In this document: positions 54,435 to 64,000 of the stretch, piece by piece
Numbering within the stretch: position 1 is the stretch's first letter
Layout of the letters: each line of letters starts with the position of its first letter
Assembly (NCBI GenBank): GCA_963716725.1
Contig: CAVQUB010000006.1
Coordinates: 128,001-192,000 of the forward strand
Length of the DNA stretch: 64,000 bases
DNA from: an uncultured delta proteobacterium
Lineage (GTDB): Bacteria; Myxococcota_A; Polyangia; Polyangiales; Polyangiaceae
Direction: 5' to 3'
Notes under the pieces: generated by a model
What the model was told of the DNA's origin: nothing
Database searches by the model: none
Seen by the model: the letters and a program-made list of their open reading frames with translations, nothing else
Position numbers and translations under genes: made by a program

Positions 54435-56135
54435 ATGACGGAAGTCTACGGAAACACCAAGGGGCTGCCCCCGAGCGCGATCCGAGCGCTCGAGCGCATC
54501 TACCGCCGCCGCGTCCCGCTCGACTGCATCGCAACCCCCGAGCTGGTTCGGTCGCTGGCCGAAGCGTCGCGCGAGAGCCAAAGGCAGGTCGGCGCCCTCG
54601 TGCATCGCTCGGGACAGGTGGACACGGTCATCGTCGGCAGCCCCAGCGGTCTGATGTTGCCGGACATCGGGCGCCTGCGGGCGGCGCAGGGTCGGTTTCG
54701 CGCGCTGCGCTTGGTGCACACCCATCTCTTCAACGAAGCGCTGACCCGCGACGACTTGGTCGATCTCACGCGCCTTCGCCTCGATTTGATCGCCGCGGTC
54801 TTGCTCAGTCGCGAGGGCGAGCCGCGCACGCATGACCTGGGCGTACAACGTGCCAACACGCGGGGACGGCGTGCCCTACCAGATCGTGCCGCCCACGCCC
54901 TGGGGCACGCCCAACCCGACTTCGGCCGAGCTGATCTCGGCCCTCGAGAGCGAGTTCGCGCAGTCCGCGCGGCTGCGTGAGGTGCGCGCCAAAGACGGGC
55001 GCGCGATCCTGGTCCACGTCGGCGAAAAGAAGATCGCCGGCGCCGGGCATCGCGCCAACGCCCGCCTCGCGGAGCTCGAGAGCCTGGCCCGCACCGCCGG
55101 GGTCGAGGTGGTCGATCGCGTCGTGCAGCTGCGCGATCGCATCGATCCCAAGCTGGTGCTCGGCAAGGGCAAGCTCGAAGAGGTGGTGATGCGCGCCATT
55201 GAGCTCGACGTCGAGACCCTGATCTTCGACCTGAATCTCAGCCCTGCCCAGGTCCACGGCATCAGTCGAGGAGACCGACCTCAAGGTCATCGACCGGACG
55301 CCAGCTGATCCTCGACATCTTCGCCCAGCGCGCCGAGACCCGCGACGGCAAGCTCCAGGTCGAGCTCGCCCAGCTCAAGTACGCGCTGCCGCGACTGGGT
55401 CTGAAGGACGACGCTCTCAGCCGGCTCACCGGCGGCATCGGCGGCCGAGGCCCCGGCGAGACCAAGCTCGAGATCGGCCGGCGCCGCGCCCGGGATCGCG
55501 TGCACCATCTCGAGCGCTCCCTGGCAGAGCTGGCGAAGAAACGCGCCGAGCGCCGCCGGCGTCGCGATCAGAGCGGCGTGCCGGTGGTCGCCATCGTCGG
55601 CTACACCAACGCCGGCAAGAGCACGCTGCTCAACACGCTGACCGACGCGGGCGTGCTCGCCGAAGACAAGCTCTTTGCCACCCTCGACACGCGGGCGCGT
55701 CGGCTCCACCTGCCCGATGGCCGCGAGGTCGTGCTCATCGACACGGTGGGCTTCATCCGCGACATGCCCGAGGGCCTGTTCGCGGCCTTCCGCGCCACCT
55801 TCGAAGAGGCAGCCGAGGCCGATCTGGTCTTGCAGGTGGTGGACGCCTCCGATCCCGAGCACGCGGAGCACGAGCGCACCACCGCCGCCCTCCTCGAAGA
55901 GCTCGATCTGTCGGGCCTGCCCCGGCTCACGGTCTACAACAAGCTCGATCGCCTCGAGCCGCCCGAACGCAACGCGCTCGAGCGGCTGCCCGACTCGGCG
56001 ACGATCTCGGCGCTCCGCAAGGACACGACGCTGAGTCTGCTCCGGCGCGTCGCGGTGTTGCTCGGGTCCCGGGACGCCGAACCCCTGGGCACAGAGCCAG
56101 CCGAGCCTCTGCCACAGGAGCTGGCCGAGGCCTAG
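54435..56135 (+). CDS. hflX: GTPase HflX with N-terminal extension (frameshifts near 54832 and 55265-55300)
   Basis: [36 protein letters not shown] and NKLD over several frames. Confidence 0.92.
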
Positions 56136-56148
56136 GGCCGCGACCTGC

Positions 56149-56925
56149 TCAGATCTTCCCGACCGACGTCACACTGAGCTTGTTGCCGTCGAACTTGAAC
56201 ACGACCGTGTAGTCAGTGGGCGATGCGGTGCTCCCGTTGTTGATGACCACCGTGGTCTCGACTGCGTCGGGAAGACCGGTGACCACGTAATCTTTCGTCG
56301 GGTGGATGGTCCCCTGAGTCGTGCTCTTGAAATAGTGGTTCGGGGCTGCCTCGATCTGGCGGTTGACTTTCACGGTGTCAAAGGACCACCGAAGCCGGCG
56401 CTCAGATCCGATGCAGGAGTCGGGTCCTTCCACCGAGGCGTTGGTCGTCACGTGACAGACCGCTGTCGAGTAGCAGAGCACCGCGCCGATGGTGTTCTCC
56501 GCAATCGTATTCATCGTCAGGTATTGGGGAAGCGCGCTGCACTGCGCAGTGCAGATGTTGGCACCCATGTACGTCTTGCAGGTGACGCCGCTCGAGCCGC
56601 CGCTGCCGCCGGTCGCGCTGCCGCCGCTGCCGCCCGTCGCGGTGCCGCCGCTGCCGCCCGTCGCGGTGCCGCCGCTGCCGCCCGTCGCGCCTCCGCTGCC
56701 GCCCGTCGCGCCGCCGCTGCCGCCCGTCGCGGTGCCGCCGCTGCCGCCCGTCGCGCCGCCGCTGCCGCCCGTCGCGCTGCCGCCGCTGCCGCCCGTCGCG
56801 CTGCCGCCGCTGCCGCCCGTCGCGCCTCCGCTGCCGCCCCCGGATTTGTCGTCTTCCGCGCCGCAACCGGACGCCAGAGCGGTGCAACAGAGCATGGAAA
56901 CCAAGGCGGCTGTCTTGAAGGTCAT
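56149..56925 (-). CDS. Lipoprotein with Gly/Ser/Thr repeat linker and Cys-containing C-terminal domain
   Basis: Lipobox ASGC; (GGSGG[S/T]AT)n repeats at about 56590-56840; GAGGAG upstream. Confidence 0.8.
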   Translation of the reverse strand: MTFKTAALVSMLCCTALASGCGAEDDKSGGGSGGATGGSGGSATGGSGGSATGGSGGATGGSGGTATGGSGGATGGSGGATGGSGGTATGGSGGTATGGSGGSATGGSGGSSGVTCKTYMGANICTAQCSALPQYLTMNTIAENTIGAVLCYSTAVCHVTTNASVEGPDSCIGSERRLRWSFDTVKVNRQIEAAPNHYFKSTTQGTIHPTKDYVVTGLPDAVETTVVINNGSTASPTDYTVVFKFDGNKLSVTSVGKI

Positions 56926-56982
56926 CGTTTTCTCCTCAACCTGCAGCGTGCACGAACCCTCCACCGGCCGCGCTCTCGGCGA

Positions 56983-57005
56983 TGGGGGACTTTTGGGGGA
57001 TGCCC
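56983..57005. promoter_or_regulatory. Putative operator, TGGGGGA-N4-TGGGGGA direct repeat
   Basis: TGGGGGACTTTTGGGGGATGCCC in a divergent intergenic gap; similar motif at 61636. Confidence 0.5.
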
Positions 57006-57044
57006 GCTTGAGCTGCGCCCCAACCCGCAGCATTCTTCTCACCG

Positions 57045-58925
57045 ATGGGCTCCCGAGAGCGGCTCGCATGGGTTCGCCACGCGGCGCCGATCGTGGTCTT
57101 GGTGCTCGCGGTCGTCGCGCTCGGGTTCGTGCCCCCGCGGCCGCACGGGACCATCACGCCGCTCGCGGATTGGCAATATCGACTCTCGGAGCCGGGCTCG
57201 CAGCTCGAACTCTCGGAGCCCTGGGCCAGCCCGCGCTTCGCGCCGCTGAAGCTGCCCGCGCATCCGGCTGGCTCCGGTGAAGTCCTGTGGCTGAGGACCC
57301 GCATCCCCCGGGAGCTGCCGCCGGACGCGGTCCTCGCCATCGACGCGGTGCTCGGCGCCTTCACCGCCTACGTCGGAAGCGATCGCGTGTTCGCGTTTCC
57401 GGAACCCGACGGCGTCGCGGCACGTGGATCGGTCGGACTGCCCTGGCAGCTCATTCCCCTCCCGGCGGGCTCCGAGGGCAAGACCCTGTCGCTCTGCATC
57501 TCCGCCCACTACCGCCCCCTGGGAGTGAAGGGCACGCCGCTGTTCGGCTCCCGCGCGGATCTCATGGCGTGGACCCTCGAGCGCGACCTGCCGCGGTTGG
57601 TGGTGGGGTTCGTGGCAATCTTGCTGGGCCTGCTCGGATTCGTGTCGTTCTCGACGCGCCAGGCGTGGCGTTTGCCGTTCAGCTTCGCGGTCTGGGCGGC
57701 GGCCCTCGGCGTCTACGTGATCCACTACACGCACTTGAAGGACTTGATCGCCGACGTGAGCGTCGTCTCGTTCTTCGCCTGGCTGCTCGCCTTGCCGGCC
57801 ATGGTCGTCGGATCGCTGCTCTTTCTCGACGAGCTCTTCGTGGCCCGTTCGAGCAAAGTGTTGCGTTGGCTCCTGCGCGCGAGCCTGCTGTTCACGCCCC
57901 TCTATCTGCTCGCGCTGACGCTCGCCTGGGTCCTCACGCAATCCACGGAGCACGCGGCGCTCGGGGTCAGCGTATTTGCCCTGGCCACGAATGCCGTTCG
58001 AATCGTGATTCTGGTCTCGTCGCTCCTGGTGCTGGTCGAGGCCTCGCGTTTCGCGAGCGCTGGGGATTTGGACGCGCGGATCTTCTTGGTGGGATTCGGG
58101 TTCTTGCTCGCGTTCGCCGTCCGCGACGTGATGGCAGCCTTCGGCACGGCCATGTTTTCGTGGCGCTCCCAGGTGCACGTCGGCGCGCTCGCTTGCGTGG
58201 TGGCCATGGCCATCTCGGTTCAGCGGCGATACGTCGCACTTCACGAGCGCGCCCGGCTTTTGGCTGAAGAAGCCGTCGCTCGCGGCAGAGAGCGAGATGC
58301 GCTGGTCCGCGACCTCCACGACGGAGTCGGCGCCATGACCAGCAACATCCGCATGCTCGCGGAGCTCGGGCAACGGAAGGCCGAACGCGCGCAGCCGGCG
58401 CTGGAGACCATCGCAGAGCTCTCCGAGAAGAGCCTCGCGGAGCTCCGAGCCTACGTGCACACGCTCGACGACGCCGAGGCGACCTGGGAGCGCCACGTCG
58501 CCGAGCTCCGGCGCTTCGGGGCGAGCTTGGTGGAAGCGCACGGTCGCGCCTTCGAGATGCAGGTCGACGTGGGCACGCAGGAGGCCCCGCCCATGCTGCT
58601 GGGCCTGCATTTGTTGCGAACCTTCAGCGAAGGCCTGACCAACGCGCTGAAGCGTTCAAACGGAAGCTACGTGAAGGTCGAGCTGAGCGTGCATCCCGAC
58701 GCGCTGTCGCTGTCGATGGAGAACGATGGGGACGGCGTCGCGGACGCGAGCCGCAGCATCGGGGGAGGTCGCGGCCTCGAGAACCTGCGCTCGCGCGCGG
58801 CGGAGCTCGGCGGTGAGTTCCGCATCGAGATCGGGAAGACCAATCGGCTGCTGCTCCGTGTGCCGTTGCCGCTCTCCAATCTTCCCGCGCTTGGCCGCGG
58901 GGCCGCGCTCAAGGGGACGGCGTGA
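57045..58925 (+). CDS. Membrane sensor histidine kinase (7TM-DISM-like, HisKA_3 type)
   Basis: Extracellular beta domain, about 7 TMs, RDLHDGVG, EGLTNALK, NDGDG and GGRGLENLRSRA. Confidence 0.88.
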   Translation: MGSRERLAWVRHAAPIVVLVLAVVALGFVPPRPHGTITPLADWQYRLSEPGSQLELSEPWASPRFAPLKLPAHPAGSGEVLWLRTRIPRELPPDAVLAIDAVLGAFTAYVGSDRVFAFPEPDGVAARGSVGLPWQLIPLPAGSEGKTLSLCISAHYRPLGVKGTPLFGSRADLMAWTLERDLPRLVVGFVAILLGLLGFVSFSTRQAWRLPFSFAVWAAALGVYVIHYTHLKDLIADVSVVSFFAWLLALPAMVVGSLLFLDELFVARSSKVLRWLLRASLLFTPLYLLALTLAWVLTQSTEHAALGVSVFALATNAVRIVILVSSLLVLVEASRFASAGDLDARIFLVGFGFLLAFAVRDVMAAFGTAMFSWRSQVHVGALACVVAMAISVQRRYVALHERARLLAEEAVARGRERDALVRDLHDGVGAMTSNIRMLAELGQRKAERAQPALETIAELSEKSLAELRAYVHTLDDAEATWERHVAELRRFGASLVEAHGRAFEMQVDVGTQEAPPMLLGLHLLRTFSEGLTNALKRSNGSYVKVELSVHPDALSLSMENDGDGVADASRSIGGGRGLENLRSRAAELGGEFRIEIGKTNRLLLRVPLPLSNLPALGRGAALKGTA

Positions 58926-61590
58926 GGGGCTGCCCCACCGCCGGCCACACGGAGCCATCGTAGTTGTAGGGGGGGTTGATCCCGTAGTCTCCAGTGTGCC
59001 GAAACGCCGTCAGTCGGTAGGGCGCCTTGGAGGCAACCTCGCTGGCCGGAAGCACCAGGGTGATGGAGTTGCCTGCAATGATGACGCGGGCAGCGCTGGT
59101 CGCAGGCTGGATGTTCCCGTTCAGGGCCGTCGACGTCTTCAGAGCCCACCCCGATGACGGGGCGTAGTTGGCCTCGTACCAGCGGTCCGTGTTCTTGAAC
59201 AGGTCGTCGGCGTATTGCGCGTTCGCCTGGTAGTTGTTGCCGGGGGTGTTGTCCGCGTCGAACACGAAGCCGTACTGGTAGCGGTTCAGGGCGTCCGCGA
59301 TGGGGATGGTCGCGTCGAGAGCCTTGCTGATCACGAGGATGTCGCCAGCCGGGACCGGCGGAGCGCCCGGTGCGCAGAGCGTTGTGCCGTTCGGACCGGC
59401 GCCGCAGGGGAACGCTCCCCCGCTACCGAATACGACGTCGAGCTGGGTGGCGGTGAACGTTTGGCGCAGGGAAGTCCGGCCGTAGAGCGTCGTGTGGTCG
59501 TGGGCGACGGGCTTCGCGGCAATGGTGGCCTTCGAATGTTTGAACAGCTTCTCCTGGAACAGGAACCACGCCGCACACTGGGTGGCCTTCGACCAGCCAC
59601 CCAGCATGCTGCCAATCAGCAGCACCGCCGCGGTCTTCGGGTCGGATTCGCAGGCGACGCCTCCATCGGGGCCGCCCTCGCTCCCGGCGTCGAGGCCGCC
59701 GTCGCCGCAGTCGCCGACAGTGACTTGAGCCGTGCCGCCGTAGGCGAAGGGATGTGCAAAGACGCGGAACGAGTAGGTCGTCGTGCCGGGGCTGGCCCCG
59801 CGAAGTCGGAGGTTCGCCTTCTGATTGGCGTTGTCGAAGATGAGCGTGTTCCACCCGTCGGCATCCTCGGAGCCCGACGCGACGACGGCGATGGCCTTGT
59901 CGAGAGTGTTCGCCTTGCCGGTCATCAGCTTGGTGATCGGCGTCGCCCCCGGCCAACTGACCGGCACGACCACCTCGTCGCCGGGACAAGGGATGCTCAC
60001 GGCATCCAGTGGGACCTGCTTTGGAACCGGGTCGAGACAGACGATTTGGGGCTTCGGATCGACCACGTCGCTGTCGTCTTGCACGATGGTCCACTCCCCG
60101 GCCTCTTTGAGGCTGACCGCTCCGCTCTTGTCGGTGTCCGCCGTCGTGTCGCGCCAACACTCACGCAGCGCTGCGCTGAAGTACGAGCTCATGTTGACCT
60201 CGCCCTCGTAGTTCAGGCCTGCGCCGGACTCGCTGGCGTCGTCGGCGGCCGTGATGGCAGTTCCCGTGAGTCCTTCACCTTGGAAAGCGGAAATCAGTGC
60301 GCCCGAGTAGCAGGCGTCGATGATGGGGTTGACCTCGATGTCGGTGCCCGCGAAGCGACTCGTGACCATCTCTCCAAGCGTCTCCAGGAGCAGCGTGGTC
60401 TTGCCGCCCGTGCCGTCAGAGATCTTGTCGAGACCGCTGATTCCACCGTGGGAGGTCAGGTAGAAATAGATGGTCTGACAGCCGTCGGCCTTCGCCGCGT
60501 CGAGCAGCGCGGCGATTTGGCTCGGCGTCGGTGGCGTCAGGAGACCCTGCGCCGTGCGCTGGGCGAAGACCTTGATGCTGCGCTGCTTGAAGAAGGCCTC
60601 CATCAGCTCGGCGTCCCGGCGCAAGAATCTGTCGGGCAGCCCGTAGACGATCACGGCGCAGGCCTTGCCGCCCGGGCTCGGCTTGGTGTTCTGCGCGTGA
60701 GAACCCGGGCTCAGGCTCTGGGAGGAGGCCGTGCTCGATGCGGCCTCGGCGCTCGCGCCGAAGTCGTGGGTGCGCCAGGCGGAGATGAGGGCGGTGGTGG
60801 GCGCACCAGCGGACAGAGCGAGCTCGGGCCAGTAGCGCGCGCTGACTTCCTCCGGGAGCGCGCCGGCTTGGGTGGCGTCCACCAAGATCATGCGCGTGGC
60901 ATGCTCGTACTTGCTCTGCGGTGCTTCGTCGACCCAGGCGAACCAAGAGTCCTTCTGGACCGAGAGCGTCGAGGTCGGAGTGCCCGCAGAGTTGTCGGCC
61001 GTGACGCTGGCACCTGCCGGCAAGAGCACCGGCCCGTGCAAGAGCTTCCCGCTGCCGGAGGGCGCGTGCTTGGCCTCGAGCTGGCAACGAAGCGATTCGC
61101 CGCTCACCATCGGCTTCGTCGTCGTCAAGCTGATACCGAAGCTCGCCGCGGCGGCAGACTGCTCGAGCAGGGCATCTACCAGGAATACGCCCGCGCTTCC
61201 GGTCACGCCCAAGCGCGCGGTCGCGACGCCCTGCGCGTTGGTGCTCACCCGAGCCGTCGCCGCGCCGTACTTCGAGGGCACCTCGAAGCTGCCTCCCGGC
61301 GAGCTCTCCGGGGCGACGAACAACACCACCGCTCCCACGAGCGGCGCCCCGGCGGCGTCCCGGGCGGTCACCGTGAGCTCGGTGATCTCGCCGTCACCGA
61401 GCAGCCGCGTCGCCGCACACTCGGGGATCTCGAGGGTCGCGCCGGCGGGGGGCTTCGGAGCGGACTTCTTGGCCGTGCCCGAGTCGCCGGAGCAGGCCAC
61501 GAGGATCGCGCCAGCAGCGGCCAGGCACAGCAGGCATACGAACAGCAAGTCGACCCGACGACGCCGAAGGAGGGCGGCCAATTGCTTCAT
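58909..61590 (-). CDS. Large lipoprotein with Ig-like (Big_1) domain and clan CD (caspase/legumain-like) peptidase domain
   Basis: Lipobox LVAC; TVTARDAAGAPLVGAVVLF...TNAQGVAT; FYLTSHGG and IIDACYSG dyad; DTDKSGAVSLKE. Confidence 0.78.
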   Translation of the reverse strand: MKQLAALLRRRRVDLLFVCLLCLAAAGAILVACSGDSGTAKKSAPKPPAGATLEIPECAATRLLGDGEITELTVTARDAAGAPLVGAVVLFVAPESSPGGSFEVPSKYGAATARVSTNAQGVATARLGVTGSAGVFLVDALLEQSAAAASFGISLTTTKPMVSGESLRCQLEAKHAPSGSGKLLHGPVLLPAGASVTADNSAGTPTSTLSVQKDSWFAWVDEAPQSKYEHATRMILVDATQAGALPEEVSARYWPELALSAGAPTTALISAWRTHDFGASAEAASSTASSQSLSPGSHAQNTKPSPGGKACAVIVYGLPDRFLRRDAELMEAFFKQRSIKVFAQRTAQGLLTPPTPSQIAALLDAAKADGCQTIYFYLTSHGGISGLDKISDGTGGKTTLLLETLGEMVTSRFAGTDIEVNPIIDACYSGALISAFQGEGLTGTAITAADDASESGAGLNYEGEVNMSSYFSAALRECWRDTTADTDKSGAVSLKEAGEWTIVQDDSDVVDPKPQIVCLDPVPKQVPLDAVSIPCPGDEVVVPVSWPGATPITKLMTGKANTLDKAIAVVASGSEDADGWNTLIFDNANQKANLRLRGASPGTTTYSFRVFAHPFAYGGTAQVTVGDCGDGGLDAGSEGGPDGGVACESDPKTAAVLLIGSMLGGWSKATQCAAWFLFQEKLFKHSKATIAAKPVAHDHTTLYGRTSLRQTFTATQLDVVFGSGGAFPCGAGPNGTTLCAPGAPPVPAGDILVISKALDATIPIADALNRYQYGFVFDADNTPGNNYQANAQYADDLFKNTDRWYEANYAPSSGWALKTSTALNGNIQPATSAARVIIAGNSITLVLPASEVASKAPYRLTAFRHTGDYGINPPYNYDGSVWPAVGQPLTPSP

Positions 61591-61635
61591 GCCACGATTG
61601 TCGGCGAACGCCGCCAGCCTCGCCAGGGAGCTGGT

Positions 61636-61660
61636 TGGGGGTTTTTGGGGGAGGTTGCCC
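61636..61660. promoter_or_regulatory. Putative operator, second copy
   Basis: TGGGGGTTTTTGGGGGAGGTTGCCC in a divergent intergenic gap. Confidence 0.5.
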
Positions 61661-61703
61661 AGGGCCGTGGTGTCCGCCGCGAGCGACGGCTAGATTACTC
61701 GTC

Positions 61704-62351
61704 GTGCCCCTTGCCTCAGCCCACCGCGAGCGCGCGCTCCGCGTCTTCGTCGTCGACGACGACGATCTGACGCGGGAGTTCCTCGCGGAAGTGCTGGCGC
61801 AGGAGCCGGGTTTCGAGCTGGCGGGATCCGCAGCCAGCCTGGCAGAAGCGTTGTCCGCCATCGACGCGACGGTCGACGTGGCCATCGTGGACCTCGGCCT
61901 CGGCGCTGATTCCGGCGTCGACCTGATCGCCGCGCTCAAGCACCACTTCCCCGCCATGAACGTGATGGCTCACACGGTGTTCGACGACCGCGACAACGTA
62001 TTTCAGGCCCTGAAGGCCGGTGCTTCGAGCTACGTGCTCAAAGGGGCCCGAGCGAGCGAGCTCGTCCGCGCGGTCAGCGAGCTGAGCCACGGAGGCTCAC
62101 CGATGAGCCCAAAGATCGCGCGCCTGGTGATCCAGCACCTGCAGAGCGTCGCGGACCCGGATCCAGCGACACCACGAGAGCGGCAGATCCTGAGGCTCAT
62201 CGATCGTGGCCTCACCTACAAGGAAATCGCCGCTGAGTTCAACATCAGCGCCCACACGGTGCACAGCCACATCAAGAACGTGTACGAGCGCCTGCAGGCC
62301 ACCAGCAGGCGCGACGCCCTGGCGCGGGCCCGGGTGCGTGGGCTGCTCTGA
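61704..62351 (+). CDS. NarL/LuxR-family response regulator
   Basis: VVDDD, IVDLGL, GASSYVLK and TPRERQIL...GLTYKEIA...ISAHTVHSHIKNVY. Confidence 0.93.
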   Translation: MPLASAHRERALRVFVVDDDDLTREFLAEVLAQEPGFELAGSAASLAEALSAIDATVDVAIVDLGLGADSGVDLIAALKHHFPAMNVMAHTVFDDRDNVFQALKAGASSYVLKGARASELVRAVSELSHGGSPMSPKIARLVIQHLQSVADPDPATPRERQILRLIDRGLTYKEIAAEFNISAHTVHSHIKNVYERLQATSRRDALARARVRGLL

Positions 62352-62413
62352 GCCGAACGAGCCCACCCAAAAAAAGCCGCAACCAGACCCGGGCCGCGCC
62401 CGAATGGGGCCTC

Positions 62414-62890
62414 ATGCGCACGCCGGCTTGGGTCTATTTCGCCCTCTGCCTGTCGCCGATCGCCTGCGGGGGCGGCGGCATGTCCCGGGCTCGACACGCC
62501 GCCGACGAGGGCCGGCACCCCGACGCGGTCTACGAGCTTCGAGGCATGGAAGCCGAGGTGACGGACCTGTCGACCGCCGAGCACGCGCGCTACTCGCTCC
62601 TGCGCGGGCTGTCGCATCTCGCCTGCGGCGATCTGATTTCAGCGGCGACCTGGCTGGCTCGGGCGCGTTCCGCCGTCGCTCACGAGCCCGAGCTGCTCAG
62701 CGTCACCGATCGCGGACGCCTCGACGCCGCCTGGCGCAGCATGGGGCTCATGCCCGGGGAGTCGGCGCGAATCACTTCAGGGCTTCCGGCAGCCGTGCCA
62801 GAGCACTCCGAACCGCCGCACGCATCGCGCTCCGCTCGACCGACTTCACCTGACTCGGACGATCCGTCGCCTGGGCCCGACCCTGAATGA
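62414..62890 (+). CDS. Hypothetical lipoprotein
   Basis: Lipobox PIAC and helical body. The 3' end overlaps the opposing gene. Confidence 0.6.
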   Translation: MRTPAWVYFALCLSPIACGGGGMSRARHAADEGRHPDAVYELRGMEAEVTDLSTAEHARYSLLRGLSHLACGDLISAATWLARARSAVAHEPELLSVTDRGRLDAAWRSMGLMPGESARITSGLPAAVPEHSEPPHASRSARPTSPDSDDPSPGPDPE

Positions 62891-63230
62891 TTGCGTGAAT
62901 GCTCCCGCCGCGAGCGCGGCGCAGGGTCGCGCTGACCACCGCGACGGTCTCGGCCTGACCCGAGCTCTCGCGGGTTGCCATCTGCACCAGGGCCGCCGAG
63001 AGCACGAAACGATCCTGGGCCTTCACTTTTGACAGGTCGACCTCGCCAAGCTCGTGCTCGACGAGCCCGCGGAACGCTCGCTCGAGGGTCGGATCGCTCC
63101 GCGCGACCTTCACCTCGCCCAGGGCGACGGGCGAAGATCCCGCGTCGGCCTGAGCGGCGAAGCCCGCAACCGCCGCCACCCCGACCAGTAGGGCAAAGAG
63201 TCGCCTCCTGCTTTCTAGAAGCACGCGCAT
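62772..63230 (-). CDS. Hypothetical secreted protein
   Basis: Signal-peptide-like leader ending AQADA; GAGGAG upstream. Confidence 0.6.
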   Translation of the reverse strand: MRVLLESRRRLFALLVGVAAVAGFAAQADAGSSPVALGEVKVARSDPTLERAFRGLVEHELGEVDLSKVKAQDRFVLSAALVQMATRESSGQAETVAVVSATLRRARGGSIHAIIQGRAQATDRPSQVKSVERSAMRAAVRSALARLPEALK

Positions 63231-63375
63231 GATCGTCTCCTCGGAGCCCGCAACGGGCGGCTCCCAGTGGAATTGGCTGCGAGCCTCGGAGGAAGTGACA
63301 CCACGAGACGCCGCAGCTTGTACGATCGCTCTACCAGGGGCCGCGGCAACCGGCCAAATTCGAGGTCAGCCCAAA

Positions 63376-63840
63376 CTAGCGCGCCGGCTCGATCCGATCC
63401 GCGTTGACCGTCTCGTCCCAGGCGGTCTCGTAACCCTCGTAGTGCACCAGGTAACGATCGGGTCCGGCGACGGCCACGATGGTCGCGATGTACTTCGACT
63501 CGCGCCACTTCACGCGCACGCGATCACCCGGCTTGTAGGGGGACGCGCCGGACGCAGGACCCGAGCCTTTGGGCGCGACCCCGCTGGCGCGCGCGACCTT
63601 CTCGGGCGGCGGCGGCGGGGCGACCGGACTGCTGATCCGCCCCTTGATGCGATCGAGGATCACGTCCTCGTCCCAGCGCGCGTCGAAGCCGTCGAAGTGA
63701 ACACGAAACCGCGCCGCGCCCTTCTTCTCGACGATGTACGCGGGGTAGTCCCGGCCCTCCCACTCGACCCACACGTACTCCCCGACTCGGTAAGGCTCCG
63801 TGCAGGCAGTGAGCAGGAGCGCGAGTACGAGCCAACGCAT
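63376..63840 (-). CDS. Lipoprotein with two Tudor-knot/Agenet (chromo-barrel-like) domains
   Basis: Lipobox LTAC; two repeats of Y..G..V.V.W....Y.A.IV......(F/Y).VH(F/Y).G(F/Y)...WDE.V..DRI. Confidence 0.82.
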   Translation of the reverse strand: MRWLVLALLLTACTEPYRVGEYVWVEWEGRDYPAYIVEKKGAARFRVHFDGFDARWDEDVILDRIKGRISSPVAPPPPPEKVARASGVAPKGSGPASGASPYKPGDRVRVKWRESKYIATIVAVAGPDRYLVHYEGYETAWDETVNADRIEPAR

Positions 63841-63849
63841 TTCGAAGCT

Positions 63850-64000
63850 TCAGTATGAAGTGCTGGTCGAGAACGCCTTGGCGTGCGGCGCAGGGCCGTC
63901 GACGATCACGACCAGCTTGCGATTGTTCCAGTAGAACGACTCCGGATCGCTCCCGGTCACGCTGACGATGGTACCAATGACCCTGTTTTCGTTGTTGGTC
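63850..64000 (-). CDS. 3' end of an unidentified gene (partial)
   Basis: Open frame TNNENRVIGTIVSVTGSDPESFYWNNRKLVVIVDG...STSY-stop. Confidence 0.5.
   Translation of the reverse strand, partial: TNNENRVIGTIVSVTGSDPESFYWNNRKLVVIVDGPAPHAKAFSTSTSY

Noticed and set aside
54435..56135. Programmed frameshifting in hflX (and in the ABC ATPase at 1383-2556)
   Set aside because: No slippery sites. Similar single-base indels occur across the window, so sequencing error is more likely.
56590..56840. 21/24-bp tandem repeats as a non-coding array
   Set aside because: In-frame Gly-rich linker of a lipoprotein, common in myxobacteria.

Overview
A 64-kb window of very GC-rich bacterial chromosome. The gene content (Ser/Thr kinases, Gly/Cys-rich lipoproteins, an MglA-family GTPase, a Uma2 gene) points to a myxobacterium, most likely Polyangiales/Sorangiineae. 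Scattered 1-bp indels break several conserved genes (an ABC ATPase, hflX, a kinase tail and especially nrdJ), which suggests a long-read or MAG consensus. Most of the window is housekeeping or typical myxobacterial accessory content: an ABC/DUF58/vWA operon, oppD/oppF, plsB, mepA, scoAB, a speE-like gene, nrdJ, thiL, argH, a dynamin-like protein, thrB, hflX and a two-component system. The most unusual region is 14358-17704, a 3.35-kb segment bounded by terminal inverted repeats. It holds a truncated IS1182 transposase, an HNH endonuclease gene and a family of tiny palindromic insertion units built as 16+11 = 27 bp. These units sit directly 3' of GTTC and nest inside one another; one cluster is exactly 5 x 27 bp, and another unit interrupts the HNH gene. 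Other notable items are a two-component locus with a shared TGGGGG direct-repeat motif upstream of two lipoproteins (one caspase-like), a tandem Tudor-knot lipoprotein, an MglA-like GTPase coupled to a PocR-like histidine kinase, and a structured nrdJ leader with tandem NrdR-like boxes. I saw no rRNA, tRNA or CRISPR array.
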